Shown here: piece after piece, positions 20,462-30,523 of the stretch
Numbering within the stretch: the stretch's first letter is position 1
Layout: every line of letters starts with the position of its first letter
From: an uncultured bacterium
GTDB lineage: Bacteria > Babelota > Babeliae > Babelales > Babelaceae
Assembly (NCBI GenBank): GCA_963848965.1
Contig: CAWKFG010000001.1
Span: 288,001 to 352,000, forward strand
DNA: 64,000 nucleotides
Direction: 5' to 3'
Notes under the pieces: model-generated
Seen by the model: the letters and a program-made list of their open reading frames with translations, nothing else
What the model was told of the DNA's origin: nothing
The model's database searches: none
Made by a program: the position numbers and the translations under genes

Positions 20462-20494
20462 AAAAACACCGAGGCAAAAAACCTCGGTGTTTTT
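20462..20494. terminator. Bidirectional intrinsic terminator
   Basis: AAAAACACCGAGG-N7-CCTCGGTGTTTTT. Confidence 0.85.
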
Positions 20495-20510
20495 GTTTTT
20501 ATACAGAATT

Positions 20511-21584
20511 TTAAGAAGCACGTGCTCTAAAGAAAGCGTACTTCTGGTCTAGCTTTTTAGCGAGCCATGGTACTGTAAATCCAAGCACGAGTCCGCTCAG
20601 CCATGCCCCAGATCGTTTTTTAATATCAGCTGATCTTGCCGGATTAGAGTGGTTAAGAGATCGTTGGAGTACTATAAGACTTGCTCCAAGGCCTCCTAAG
20701 CTGCCCCATCGTTGTGATTTTGTAAGCTGCGGTGATGTCCATAAGTGCTGTGCAACCATACCATACACAAATGCTGCGAGTCCTTCAGAGATAAGCTCAG
20801 GAGTAATGAATGGTGCTTGAGGAGCAGGACGAGTTGCATGTACTGTATGTGGATTGCCTACAGGGACGGCTTCTGGTTTTTCGTCTGCTGTATGTTTATA
20901 GCGTCTTACGTTAGGCATATCTTCTATATGACGTTTACAATGAGGACATGCCCGATCTGTTGAACTTTCTACAAGCTCGGTAAAACATACTGTATGATAG
21001 AGAGCTGCACAGTGAGCAGAACATTGTGTTACAAGGTCCTCTGCTTGAAATCGACCTTGGCAGAAATTACACTGTGTTTGGTCTACAGCGGGGTTATTCG
21101 ATGCTTGTGCTGCAGGTTTTGCTTGAGATGCTACTGGAATTTTTGTAGCTGTAGGAGCTGGCGTCTTTGGTGTAGGTGCTTTTGGTGCTGGAGCCTGCGG
21201 TGCTTGTGCAGGAGCAGCTGCTTTCTGAAGTTCGGTAATTGCTTTACGCATAAAAGCTTTTGGCATTTGAAACATTTTTCCGCTACAACTAGGACAAGGA
21301 AATGAGTTATCCATACTATATTTATAATTTATTGATTGTTGAGCAGCTTTATTCTTTTCAAAACAAGCGGGATGGTAACCCACTGTTTTGCAATTGAAAG
21401 GACACCGTGTTATAAGATCCGCTTCTTCAAACTCTACATAACAAATACCACATGCTACGGGATCAACTTCTTTAAAATCTTCAAGTTTAAGCTCTTTTGG
21501 TTGTTGATTCATACAAGAGCTCATTGATGTAGTAAGCATAATGCTTGTAAAGATAAGTAAATACTTTGTTCTAAATAGTTTCAT
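20511..21584 (-). CDS. Signal-peptide protein with two C4HC3 (RING-variant/PHD-like) zinc fingers and C-terminal hydrophobic helices
   Basis: CGIC..CPFNC..YHPAC..CPSC and CNFC..CSAHC..YHTVC..CPHC; start moved to ATG 21584 (GGAG RBS). Confidence 0.8.
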   Translation of the reverse strand: MKLFRTKYLLIFTSIMLTTSMSSCMNQQPKELKLEDFKEVDPVACGICYVEFEEADLITRCPFNCKTVGYHPACFEKNKAAQQSINYKYSMDNSFPCPSCSGKMFQMPKAFMRKAITELQKAAAPAQAPQAPAPKAPTPKTPAPTATKIPVASQAKPAAQASNNPAVDQTQCNFCQGRFQAEDLVTQCSAHCAALYHTVCFTELVESSTDRACPHCKRHIEDMPNVRRYKHTADEKPEAVPVGNPHTVHATRPAPQAPFITPELISEGLAAFVYGMVAQHLWTSPQLTKSQRWGSLGGLGASLIVLQRSLNHSNPARSADIKKRSGAWLSGLVLGFTVPWLAKKLDQKYAFFRARAS

Positions 21585-21683
21585 AAAGATCTCCATTAAA
21601 ATGCTGCAAAAAAATTATTTATATCTTAAAATTGATTACTTTAGTTTTTAAACTATACCATATTCTGTAAAAACCTTAAATGG

Positions 21684-23426
21684 TTAGTCAGAGTTTGGTG
21701 CTGAAAGCTTAGGTGAACTTTTTTGTTCTACAAGTTCTGCATATTTTTTAAGGAACTTTTGTGCTACTTTAATAGCAACCGATGAAGATCCTGCATTTTC
21801 AATAAGCACCACTAATGTATGAGGATCATGGTCTTTGTAGCGAAAATACGCAGCGAACCAAGCGTGATGTACAAACTCTTTTCCAAGATTGCTTTTTTCT
21901 AGGCTACACGTTTGTGCAGTTCCTGTTTTTCCATATATTTTAAAGCTTTGTAGTAAATTGCGTAGGTAAAGTCCTGTACCATGTTTGATCACTTCTTCCA
22001 TACATCCTTTTATAAAATGGAGGGTATCTGAGCGTAAAGCAATAGGCCGCTTTGAGATAGGTTCTAGTGCTAAAATACGGGGTTGAACAAAATAGCTTTC
22101 GCAGAGTGCAGAGATCATACAAGCAATTTGCATAGGAGTTACAAGGATAAATGATTGACCAATAGCAGCTGAAAGAGTTTCCCCGGGCCACCAGCGTTCA
22201 CCTTTTGCTTTCTTTTTCCAAGCACTTGTAGGAACAAGTCCTGTTTTTTCATGGAACAAGATATTTGTCTTAGCGCCCAATCCTAATTTGTAAGCATACT
22301 CTGCAAGAGTGTCAATTTTAATCTTTTTGGCTATCTCAAAAAAGGGTATATTGCACGAGTGAGCTAATGCTTGTTCAGTAGAAAGGGCACCATGACCTGT
22401 CTGTTTTGAGCAGCGGTATGCTCGGTCTGCAAACATAGAATAGCCAAAACAGTACCATCGAGTTTCTGGTGTTATAATATATGATTCAAGAGCAGCGCTG
22501 AGTGTTACAAATTTAAAAAGAGATGCAGGAGGAACAAGTGCACTTAATGCACGGTTAATGAAACTTTTTTTCTCTTGTAATGCTTGCCATTCTTCAGGAT
22601 TAATAGCACGCAAAAATATATTAGGATCAAAAGATGGTCTTGAAAGAATAACTTCAACCGCTCCTGTTCGTGGATTCAATACTATACAAGTTCCATCATA
22701 CTCTGTAGGAAATACTTCCTCGGCTATAAGCTGTAATCCTAAATTGAGATTTGTTTGTAACGTATCTCCTGCATGAGCTTGTTTTACTTGATAAGATGCT
22801 AAGTTGTGCCCAATTGAGTTTATTATTTTAATAATCTCACCAGATTGCCCTTTAAGAGCATCATTACATACAAGCTCTAGCCCCATTTTACCGGTAGCTT
22901 CTAAATCGAGTCCTAGATATCCTACCACATGACTTGCTATCTGTTTGTGTGGATAAAATCGCTTAAACTCTTTGTGTATAATAATATTTTTGTGATTAGG
23001 GAAATATTCAAGGATTCTACTAAGCTGTTCAAAGGTTATGTCATAGGCAATTTGTACGCGCTGTCGTTGTTTTTCTGCAGTCGTAAGTTTTTCTATACTA
23101 TCATCTTGAAGGGGAATAATTTCTTGTAATGTTTCTAGTATCTGAGTATGTTCTGCAGAAAGTTTTCTTTCGCCTCTACCTTGCCAATGAATACTGTATA
23201 CTGGTCGATTAGTAGCAAGGAGATTGCCTTCTGCATCTATGATGTTCCCTCGGGGAGAGCTTATTTTTTCGTAGCGCAAAAAGTTCTGTTGACCAAGCCT
23301 GAAAAAGTTAAGCTGTAAATTAACTTGTAAGTGAAAAAGGTATAAAACAATAGCGCTGAAAGCGCAGAAAACAATTCCTATAACAATCTTTAGTCGGTTT
23401 GTAAGCAGGCGCGAAAGAAGTTCCAT
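21684..23426 (-). CDS. mrdA: Penicillin-binding protein 2
   Basis: PRGNIID, PPASLFK (SxxK), SCN (SxN), KTGTAQ. Confidence 0.93.
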   Translation of the reverse strand: MELLSRLLTNRLKIVIGIVFCAFSAIVLYLFHLQVNLQLNFFRLGQQNFLRYEKISSPRGNIIDAEGNLLATNRPVYSIHWQGRGERKLSAEHTQILETLQEIIPLQDDSIEKLTTAEKQRQRVQIAYDITFEQLSRILEYFPNHKNIIIHKEFKRFYPHKQIASHVVGYLGLDLEATGKMGLELVCNDALKGQSGEIIKIINSIGHNLASYQVKQAHAGDTLQTNLNLGLQLIAEEVFPTEYDGTCIVLNPRTGAVEVILSRPSFDPNIFLRAINPEEWQALQEKKSFINRALSALVPPASLFKFVTLSAALESYIITPETRWYCFGYSMFADRAYRCSKQTGHGALSTEQALAHSCNIPFFEIAKKIKIDTLAEYAYKLGLGAKTNILFHEKTGLVPTSAWKKKAKGERWWPGETLSAAIGQSFILVTPMQIACMISALCESYFVQPRILALEPISKRPIALRSDTLHFIKGCMEEVIKHGTGLYLRNLLQSFKIYGKTGTAQTCSLEKSNLGKEFVHHAWFAAYFRYKDHDPHTLVVLIENAGSSSVAIKVAQKFLKKYAELVEQKSSPKLSAPNSD

Positions 23427-23429
23427 AGT

Positions 23430-24293
23430 TCACGTTGATGTCTTTGTAATATATCGCTCGGTACTTATACGAGTTTTGTGGCCTAACAGCTCTTGAACAG
23501 TTTCTACATCTGCTCCATTTGATAACAGATGTGTAGCAAAGGAATGACGTAACATATGAGGAGTAAGTACCTGCTTATTTTCAAAACACTCACGAAACAT
23601 AACGCAGATTCTTTGTATTGATCGAGAGGTTAATGGAGTATTACGATAATTGAGAAAAAGTCGTTCATGTTGGCTTTTTACTTCAGTTCGTTCATGTGTT
23701 AAATATGCTTTAATTCGCTCAAGTGCTTTTACACCAAAAAATACAGTACGTTCCTTTTTCTTTTTATTTCGTATAACAATAGAACGATTGGTAAAATCTA
23801 TTGCTTGCATTTCTATAGCTACAAGTTCAGAGCAGCGTATACCTGTTGCATACAAAAGCTCTATAATTGCTTTATCACGAAAAGGATACTTCGTAGATAA
23901 TGCATCAGGCTCTATACCATCCATAAGATGAAAAACGGCATTTACCTCAATAGTAGCCGGCTTTTTCAACGTTACATGAGGGCGCTTAAGAGATACTTTT
24001 AAACGAACACCCTGTGTACGTAAGAATCGCTTAAAAGAATTAAGACACGATATCTTTCGAGCAATTGAGCTGGTATGCATAGAAATTGAAAAAAGTGCAG
24101 CCGCAAAACGCTTAAAGGCCTCTTCTAGAAGAACTTCTCTTTGTTCTTGTTTTTCAAGAGTATTCCAAAAGGCTATACATTGCAAGAGATCGGCTTTATA
24201 TGCTTTTTGTGTATGCTCACTTGCTTTTCTTTCTTGTGCTAAATAGGTAAGAAATTCTTCTTTTTTGTTTAAGAATTCTACTTTGGTCATCAT
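23430..24293 (-). CDS. XerC/XerD-type tyrosine recombinase
   Basis: ELLYATGIRCSEL, TPHMLRHSFATHLL, VQELLGH, TERY. Confidence 0.9.
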   Translation of the reverse strand: MMTKVEFLNKKEEFLTYLAQERKASEHTQKAYKADLLQCIAFWNTLEKQEQREVLLEEAFKRFAAALFSISMHTSSIARKISCLNSFKRFLRTQGVRLKVSLKRPHVTLKKPATIEVNAVFHLMDGIEPDALSTKYPFRDKAIIELLYATGIRCSELVAIEMQAIDFTNRSIVIRNKKKKERTVFFGVKALERIKAYLTHERTEVKSQHERLFLNYRNTPLTSRSIQRICVMFRECFENKQVLTPHMLRHSFATHLLSNGADVETVQELLGHKTRISTERYITKTST

Positions 24294-24473
24294 AAACCTC
24301 TGATTATAAGCGTCGTGTAATACGCAAATTGTCGTATCTACTATACCATTATTCAGTCAAATTTAAAAATTTTTAAGGTTGCTCAAAAAAAGAGCTGGTA
24401 AAGTGCTTGCTCTTTTGTATTGACCATATTAGAGTAAAAAAAGAGACTTTGATAGGATGAACGAGGTATTACT

Positions 24474-25151
24474 ATGCTATTTACGCTCGAGGAACGAAAA
24501 GCAAGTATCTTAAAGGGTATTGCTCTTTTAGAAAAAGCAACGCAAGGCATGCTTCCTCCTCTTATTGATATTATCATTCAAGAGTATGGAAAAGATCCTT
24601 TTCTTATACTTATTGCATGTCTTTTAAGTTTACGAGCACGCGATACTTCTACGATTCATATCTGTAGGCGTCTTTTTATCAAAGTTCGTTCACCACAAGC
24701 ATTACTTAAACTGTCTATAGAAGAGATTCAGGAGATTTTACGGCCTCTCAATTTTTATCGTAAAAAAGCATATGTACTTCATAGTGTTTGCCAGGAGCTT
24801 ATAACTCGGTTTAAAGGAGAAGTTCCTTCAAATGAAGAGGATCTTTTGTCTCTTAAAGGAGTAGGGCGTAAAACCGCTACTTTGGTACTTGGTAAAGCTT
24901 TTGATATCCCTGCTATTTGTGTTGATACTCATGTTCATCGTGTTTCTAACCGTTTAGGATGGGTAGAGACAAAAACAGTAGATGAAACAGAAGAGGCACT
25001 AAAACAAATAGTACCACGCAGTAAGTGGATAGAGCTTAATAGATTATTAGTCACATGGGGCCAAAATATTTGTGTACCTATCTCTCCTTTTTGTTCTAAA
25101 TGTGTTCTCTTCTCTCTATGCCCTAAAATTGGTGTTACGAAACGACGATAG
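24474..25151 (+). CDS. nth: Endonuclease III
   Basis: LKGVGRKTA helix-hairpin-helix, VDTHVHRVSNR, C-x6-C-x2-C-x5-C Fe-S motif. Confidence 0.95.
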   Translation: MLFTLEERKASILKGIALLEKATQGMLPPLIDIIIQEYGKDPFLILIACLLSLRARDTSTIHICRRLFIKVRSPQALLKLSIEEIQEILRPLNFYRKKAYVLHSVCQELITRFKGEVPSNEEDLLSLKGVGRKTATLVLGKAFDIPAICVDTHVHRVSNRLGWVETKTVDETEEALKQIVPRSKWIELNRLLVTWGQNICVPISPFCSKCVLFSLCPKIGVTKRR

Positions 25152-25210
25152 CAGTTGCATGCACAAAAAGCTTTTTGTCTAAAGAGCTTTTTACCAATTT
25201 GCAAAAGGTA

Positions 25211-25239
25211 TTGCATAATACGTTATTAAGGGGTATACT
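25211..25239 (+). promoter_or_regulatory. Sigma70-like promoter upstream of the RRM gene leader
   Basis: TTGCAT-N17-TATACT. Confidence 0.55.
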
Positions 25240-25436
25240 CATAGTAGTGTTATAATCAAGGGTAAGATTTCTTACGTGATTAACTGCCGGTTTGAGATAC
25301 TTTTCTTTTTGATCTTGCTTTTACCACTAAAAGGTTTCCTTCCTTAGGGTATCTGTAGCAGAAAGTCGAAAGAACACTGGTTAAGACGCTTACAAGAGCC
25401 CTTGGTTGATTGTTTATTATTTTTTAAGAGGTACAG

Positions 25437-25808
25437 ATGAATATCTATGTAGGAAACCTTGCACGTACGGTAACAGAAGATACACTCAAAGAGAAGTTCA
25501 AAGAGATGGCATCTGCGACAGTTGCTTCTGTAAGACTTATCAAAGATAAGTTTACTGGAGAGCCTAGAGGATTTGGATTCTTACAAATTCCTGAGGCAGA
25601 AGAAGCAAAGCGCGCTATTGAAACGATGAACGGCTTTGAGCTTGAAGGGCGTAAGCTCGTTGTTAACGAAGCTCGTGAGCAAGAACGTTCACCACGTCCT
25701 CGCTTTAATGGCGGCGGCAGTGGTGGCGGCAGAGGCGGAGATAGAGATCAAAGAGGCGGCGGCGGTGGTGGATTCGGTGGCGGATTCAAGCCAAGACGCA
25801 GCTTTTAA
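25437..25808 (+). CDS. RRM (RNP-1) RNA-binding protein with Gly/Arg tail
   Basis: RNP2 IYVGNL, RNP1 RGFGFL, GRKLVVNEAR. Confidence 0.95.
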   Translation: MNIYVGNLARTVTEDTLKEKFKEMASATVASVRLIKDKFTGEPRGFGFLQIPEAEEAKRAIETMNGFELEGRKLVVNEAREQERSPRPRFNGGGSGGGRGGDRDQRGGGGGGFGGGFKPRRSF

Positions 25809-25820
25809 CTGAAATATACG

Positions 25821-25849
25821 AAAAGGGTGTCTTTATGACACCCTTTTTT
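25821..25849. terminator. Bidirectional intrinsic terminator
   Basis: AAAAGGGTGTC-TTTAT-GACACCCTTTT. Confidence 0.85.
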
Positions 25850-25852
25850 GTT

Positions 25853-27721
25853 TTAACTTTCTATAGTGATATCGCCTTGAATCAGTTTGCGATAGTAAGA
25901 AGATCTTTTTTCAAGCTCGCTGGTTGTATAAAAATGAATAGTTTTTTCTCTGTCTAAAAGAGAGAAGTCAAGAATAGCTTCTGCATTTTCCAGAGTTTTT
26001 AAGCGGTGTGCAATAACAAATGTAAGTGCATGATGAGCTAGGTGGTTGATCATAGTAGTGATTGCTCGTTCACTTACTTCATCAAGACTACTTGTTGGCT
26101 CATCAATTAAAATAAGTAGCGGTTTATAATAGGAAGCACGTAAATAGAGACTTGCAAAGTTAAGTCGTTGCCGTTGTCCTCCTGATAGTGTGAATCCTCC
26201 TTCTCCAATGAGCGTATTGAGCCCTTCTTTTTCTTCAAAGATATGCCAAATTCCTACTTCCTTAAGTACCTGAATAATCTCATTTTCTGAATAGGGGCTC
26301 TCATGTTTTGGAAGTCCGAGTAAGAGATTAGATTTGACAGTACCACTTAAACTCGTTGCTATTTGCCCTTGCACAGCAATAAATTTTCTGCGTGCTCTAT
26401 CTCCTACATCATAGATAGAAATACCATTCAGGATAACTGATCCTCTATCAGGTTTTAGTTGACCACCAAGAATGGAGAGCAGAGTAGTTTTACCCATTCC
26501 AGAAGGGCCAATAATACCATAGAGTTTATTTGGTTGCGATTGTTGTACCTGCAGAAAAAGCGTATGATTCTCAAATATTTTTGCTTTTGGATTATAATCA
26601 AAATTAAGATCTCGTACATCAAGCGTAATAGTGGATTGAGAAAGATTTTCTTCAAGCTCTTTTTCCGATACCGTATCAGTAAGCACAGGAAATGTTTGTT
26701 TGCCAAATGAGCGAATGAATGCAAAAAGATCTTTAATACGAATAATTGCTTTAATAAGTTTACGTAATCTACGTCCAACTTGAATAATTTCAGAAGTTCC
26801 ACGTAAATAGGTCAGTAGTAAAGCAGTTGCCGAAATAACAGTTAAGGTATTATGAAGTAATGCATATAATAAGAAACTTCCTAAAATGAGAATACTTATA
26901 ATATACGATAAACGGGTAATAAAGTTTGTGGCAGAAAACGCAAGCCATGCAGATCCAGCTTTTACCATCATAAGAAAGTTTTTATTTTTTACAGCCTGAG
27001 CAATCTCCTTTGTAGCAAAGCTTGCACGGATAAGCTGTACTTGCGTTAAGCTTTCAACGCTCAGAGCTTTAACTGCATCATCTGCATCGATAAGATTTTT
27101 TTCAAAAGCAAGGCCTGTAAGGAGATTAAGAGATATATTAAGTATTGCTATAAAAAGAAGTATAAGGAGCGTGATAATACCTAAGGTAATATTGGTAAAT
27201 AAAAATGATGCAACAACTGTTATTACGCTAATAATAGTAGGTACAAGATCAAGTAATAATAAATCGAGAAAGTCTTCGTACGCTCGTGCGGCACGCTCAA
27301 TTTTTGCAAATACTTTTCCTGTAGATTTTGTAGCGTGGTGCAGTGGATCAACGCTGAGAAAGAATTCAAAGGCATTATATTGAACACTGCTAATACACTG
27401 TACTTCAAGAAGGCTCATATTATAGAGAATAAAATATTCACATACTAAAGCACCTATCCACGCCGTGATAAATAGACCAAAGGCAGTGATGCTTTTTGCT
27501 TCCAAAATACGACCAATAAGCAGCGGTACAAGCGTATAAAATACATGCGTAAAAGTGTTTCCTATTAATGATATAATTAAGTATCTTTTTTGTTGTTCAA
27601 TAATCGTGGTCCAGGGTTTATTGAAATCAATAGGTAAGATAGTGACCTTATTTTTAAGGTTGGTAAAGTGAAGCCAGAAGTGATAGTATTTTTGCGCTGT
27701 ATTTTTCAAGCGATAAAACAT
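25853..27721 (-). CDS. ABC exporter, fused permease/ATPase
   Basis: Multi-TM N-terminal half; GPSGMGKT, LSGGQRQR, LIDEPTSSLD, IAHRL. Confidence 0.93.
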   Translation of the reverse strand: MFYRLKNTAQKYYHFWLHFTNLKNKVTILPIDFNKPWTTIIEQQKRYLIISLIGNTFTHVFYTLVPLLIGRILEAKSITAFGLFITAWIGALVCEYFILYNMSLLEVQCISSVQYNAFEFFLSVDPLHHATKSTGKVFAKIERAARAYEDFLDLLLLDLVPTIISVITVVASFLFTNITLGIITLLILLFIAILNISLNLLTGLAFEKNLIDADDAVKALSVESLTQVQLIRASFATKEIAQAVKNKNFLMMVKAGSAWLAFSATNFITRLSYIISILILGSFLLYALLHNTLTVISATALLLTYLRGTSEIIQVGRRLRKLIKAIIRIKDLFAFIRSFGKQTFPVLTDTVSEKELEENLSQSTITLDVRDLNFDYNPKAKIFENHTLFLQVQQSQPNKLYGIIGPSGMGKTTLLSILGGQLKPDRGSVILNGISIYDVGDRARRKFIAVQGQIATSLSGTVKSNLLLGLPKHESPYSENEIIQVLKEVGIWHIFEEKEGLNTLIGEGGFTLSGGQRQRLNFASLYLRASYYKPLLILIDEPTSSLDEVSERAITTMINHLAHHALTFVIAHRLKTLENAEAILDFSLLDREKTIHFYTTSELEKRSSYYRKLIQGDITIES

Positions 27722-27834
27722 AACGTATCCTTATCGTGTACAATCCCATAGCTTTATTTTATAAGAAAGCTATAGTATAAAGAGTACTATCCATTATAAT
27801 ACACTAAAATACTGAAGAAATTAAAGGATATGGC

Positions 27835-28797
27835 ATGAAGCTTCTTTCATCGTTTACACAGCTTAAGGTATCATGGCTCGAGTCAATCATGCTTTTTAAG
27901 CCTGTATCATTAAAATTATTTTTATTAGTCACTCTCAAATCTTTAGGTTCGTTATATACATCTTTGCCCTCTCAAGGGTTGCTTTTTTTTCTTTATATAC
28001 CGTTACTTTTTGCTTATAAAGTGTATATAGCTGGTGGTAAATGGGCCATTGAAGATTTACTGCTGGTAGGTGCTGGCTCTTATGTAGTTGCTCTTTTAGT
28101 ACAAGCAGTGCGGTCTTCTATTGATTATAAAGATGCGCAATATTGGCGTATTCATGAGGTAGTATTTTTAAAGCTCTATGCAGGAGTATTCTTTCTTTGT
28201 TATTTACCATACGCTTACTTTTATCATCGTCCTATTCATTATAGTGGACTTATTTTTGCATTTGTCTGCTTGATAGCTCCCTTAAAAATAAAGATAAGTC
28301 CTGCTTTTAGCGGTCTTTTGTTTTATATAGTACTTATTGCAGCGCTAAGTTCTACAGCTTTACCGAGACCTTTTGATATACCTCCGCATGGCCTTGTAAC
28401 ATTTTTTACGTGGCTACAAGCTTTTCTTTTAATAAAGTTACCTGCTCTTGAGTCAATTTTGGGTGTCTTTGCTTACTTCTTCTCTCCTGTTGTTATTGTG
28501 TGGACTCTTTTTATGTATGACGCTCAAAAAACGATAAGAGAGTATATGCATGCTTTGGTAAAGACACTCTCTATGGTTATCTATAACTATCCGTTCTTTT
28601 TAATAACCTATACGATTTTTTACTTTTCTGTTATACTTATACATGCTATAAGCTCTTGGATACTGCCACCATGGCACGGTTGGCACTTTATTGGATGGAT
28701 AGGTTTTATCTTTTTGCTGCTTCCATTTTATATCTGCTTTATCACAAATTTTTATATAAAACGTATTCATGAGCAGTTTTCACTTTATTATAGGTAA
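27835..28797 (+). CDS. Hypothetical polytopic membrane protein
   Basis: 320 aa with many hydrophobic segments; AAGGA RBS. Confidence 0.8.
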   Translation: MKLLSSFTQLKVSWLESIMLFKPVSLKLFLLVTLKSLGSLYTSLPSQGLLFFLYIPLLFAYKVYIAGGKWAIEDLLLVGAGSYVVALLVQAVRSSIDYKDAQYWRIHEVVFLKLYAGVFFLCYLPYAYFYHRPIHYSGLIFAFVCLIAPLKIKISPAFSGLLFYIVLIAALSSTALPRPFDIPPHGLVTFFTWLQAFLLIKLPALESILGVFAYFFSPVVIVWTLFMYDAQKTIREYMHALVKTLSMVIYNYPFFLITYTIFYFSVILIHAISSWILPPWHGWHFIGWIGFIFLLLPFYICFITNFYIKRIHEQFSLYYR

Positions 28798-28805
28798 ACA
28801 TATAC

Positions 28806-29543
28806 ATGAGAATTGTTATTTTTTTAAGAACATTACTATCGTATGCATTGCTTGGGTTAGTAGCACCGTTTTTTCTAATACCTTGCCTTCTTATTGCATG
28901 CTTGCCGGAACGCTTTCGCTATGATAATCGTCTATTCTTTTTCTTTGCCTATTGGTTTTATAGAACTGTTTTATTGTTAACTTTTAATTCTCTGCGCATA
29001 GAGGGAAAAGAATATCTTCAAAGAAAGGCTCCCGTTATTTTTGTTGCTAATCACCAATCATCGCTTGATATTCCTGCAGTAGGAATTGTAGGTGGTGTAA
29101 AAGCACATGTATGGTTAGTGTTAGAATATTACATTAATACTCCTGTATTAGGATTTTTTATTCGTAGAATGTTTGTTCCTGTAGATAGAGAGAGTGGTGG
29201 TAAAGCTGCTCGATCACTTATACGGCTTATACACTTATTGAAAGAACATAAAAGAAACCTTATTATCTTTCCTGAAGGGGGTAGATATACAGATGGTACT
29301 GTGCATACCTTTTATAAAGGATTTGCAGTTATTGCCAAAAAAACAGGATTTCCTGTTGTTCCTGTTTATATGCCTAATAATGGTAAGATATATCCACCGT
29401 ATAGCTTTTTGATATATAGGTATCCTATAACAATAATTATTGGAAAACCATTTGTATATGAGCCTGAAGATACTGATGAATCATTTACCGAAAAAGTATA
29501 TCAGTGGTTTACTGAGCACGTAGAGCAGGAATTAAAAAAATGA
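28806..29543 (+). CDS. plsC: 1-acyl-sn-glycerol-3-phosphate acyltransferase
   Basis: ANHQSSLD (HX4D), VDR, IFPEGGR. Confidence 0.92.
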   Translation: MRIVIFLRTLLSYALLGLVAPFFLIPCLLIACLPERFRYDNRLFFFFAYWFYRTVLLLTFNSLRIEGKEYLQRKAPVIFVANHQSSLDIPAVGIVGGVKAHVWLVLEYYINTPVLGFFIRRMFVPVDRESGGKAARSLIRLIHLLKEHKRNLIIFPEGGRYTDGTVHTFYKGFAVIAKKTGFPVVPVYMPNNGKIYPPYSFLIYRYPITIIIGKPFVYEPEDTDESFTEKVYQWFTEHVEQELKK

Positions 29544-30523
29544 TTATTCAAAGTATGTATCCCTATTTTTTGTACATAGGGCTTCCACTTGCAGCATTAA
29601 TTGCATATTGGCGTTGGTATTACTATAAAAGACCTGTGTACAGGTATTCTTCATTAAATCCTTTAGAGGGACAAAAGTCGCTTGTTGATCGCTCTCATGC
29701 GATATTCTTTCTTCTTCGTTTACTTGCTTTAACTACCTTATGTCTTGCTCTTGCACGTTTTCGTATTCCAGATGAACGATCTAAAGTGCCAGTACAAGGG
29801 GTTGACATTATGCTCGTGCTTGATGTATCAGGAAGCATGCAGCTTTTTGATGATCTTAATGATCCTCGTCCTCGTATTGATGTAGCGCGCAAGGAAGGAA
29901 TCAAGTTTATTCAAAAGCGCGAAAATGATCCTATAGGTCTTGTTATATTTGGTAATGTTGCTGTTTCACGAGCTCCTTTAACACTTGATAAAGCATTATT
30001 AACCGAAATTTTAAAAGAAACTTCGTTAGGGATAGTAGATCCAGATGGAACGGTGCTTGCTCGAGCTATGGTAACTGCTGCTAACCGATTGAAAAATTCA
30101 ACAGCAAAAAGTAAGATAATGATTGTATTAACTGATGGACAACCGAGTGAGCGCGATATTGAGCCAGAGGTTGCTCTTGAGCTTGCACAAAAGTTGGGCA
30201 TAAAAATTTATACTATTGGTATTGGATCAGAAGAAGGAGGATTTATGTCTCATCCGTGGGCGGGCATAGTCCGTGCATCATCAGCTTTAAATGTTCCTTT
30301 GTTAGAAGCGATTGCTCAAAAAACAGGAGGGCACTTTTTTCAAGCACGTAATCCAAAAGATGTAGAGCGTATTTATACAGCTATTGACCAACTTGAAAGA
30401 ACAGAGCATGAAGCTCCTGTTTTTGCGCGATATTTTGAATATTTTATTCCGCTTTTATGGCTTACGTGGCTCTTGTTACTGAGTGAGATTCTTTTAGCAT
30501 CAATGGTATGGTTACGTTTATGA
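29540..30523 (+). CDS. batA: BatA-like VWA domain protein
   Basis: GVDIMLVLDVSGSM MIDAS, PLTLD, VLTDG, IKIYTIGIG. Confidence 0.88.
   Translation: MIIQSMYPYFLYIGLPLAALIAYWRWYYYKRPVYRYSSLNPLEGQKSLVDRSHAIFFLLRLLALTTLCLALARFRIPDERSKVPVQGVDIMLVLDVSGSMQLFDDLNDPRPRIDVARKEGIKFIQKRENDPIGLVIFGNVAVSRAPLTLDKALLTEILKETSLGIVDPDGTVLARAMVTAANRLKNSTAKSKIMIVLTDGQPSERDIEPEVALELAQKLGIKIYTIGIGSEEGGFMSHPWAGIVRASSALNVPLLEAIAQKTGGHFFQARNPKDVERIYTAIDQLERTEHEAPVFARYFEYFIPLLWLTWLLLLSEILLASMVWLRL

Noticed and set aside
25208..25235. GTATTGCATAA-TACGTT... resembling a dif left arm near the Xer gene
   Set aside because: No TTATGTTAAA-like right arm; better explained as a sigma70 promoter.
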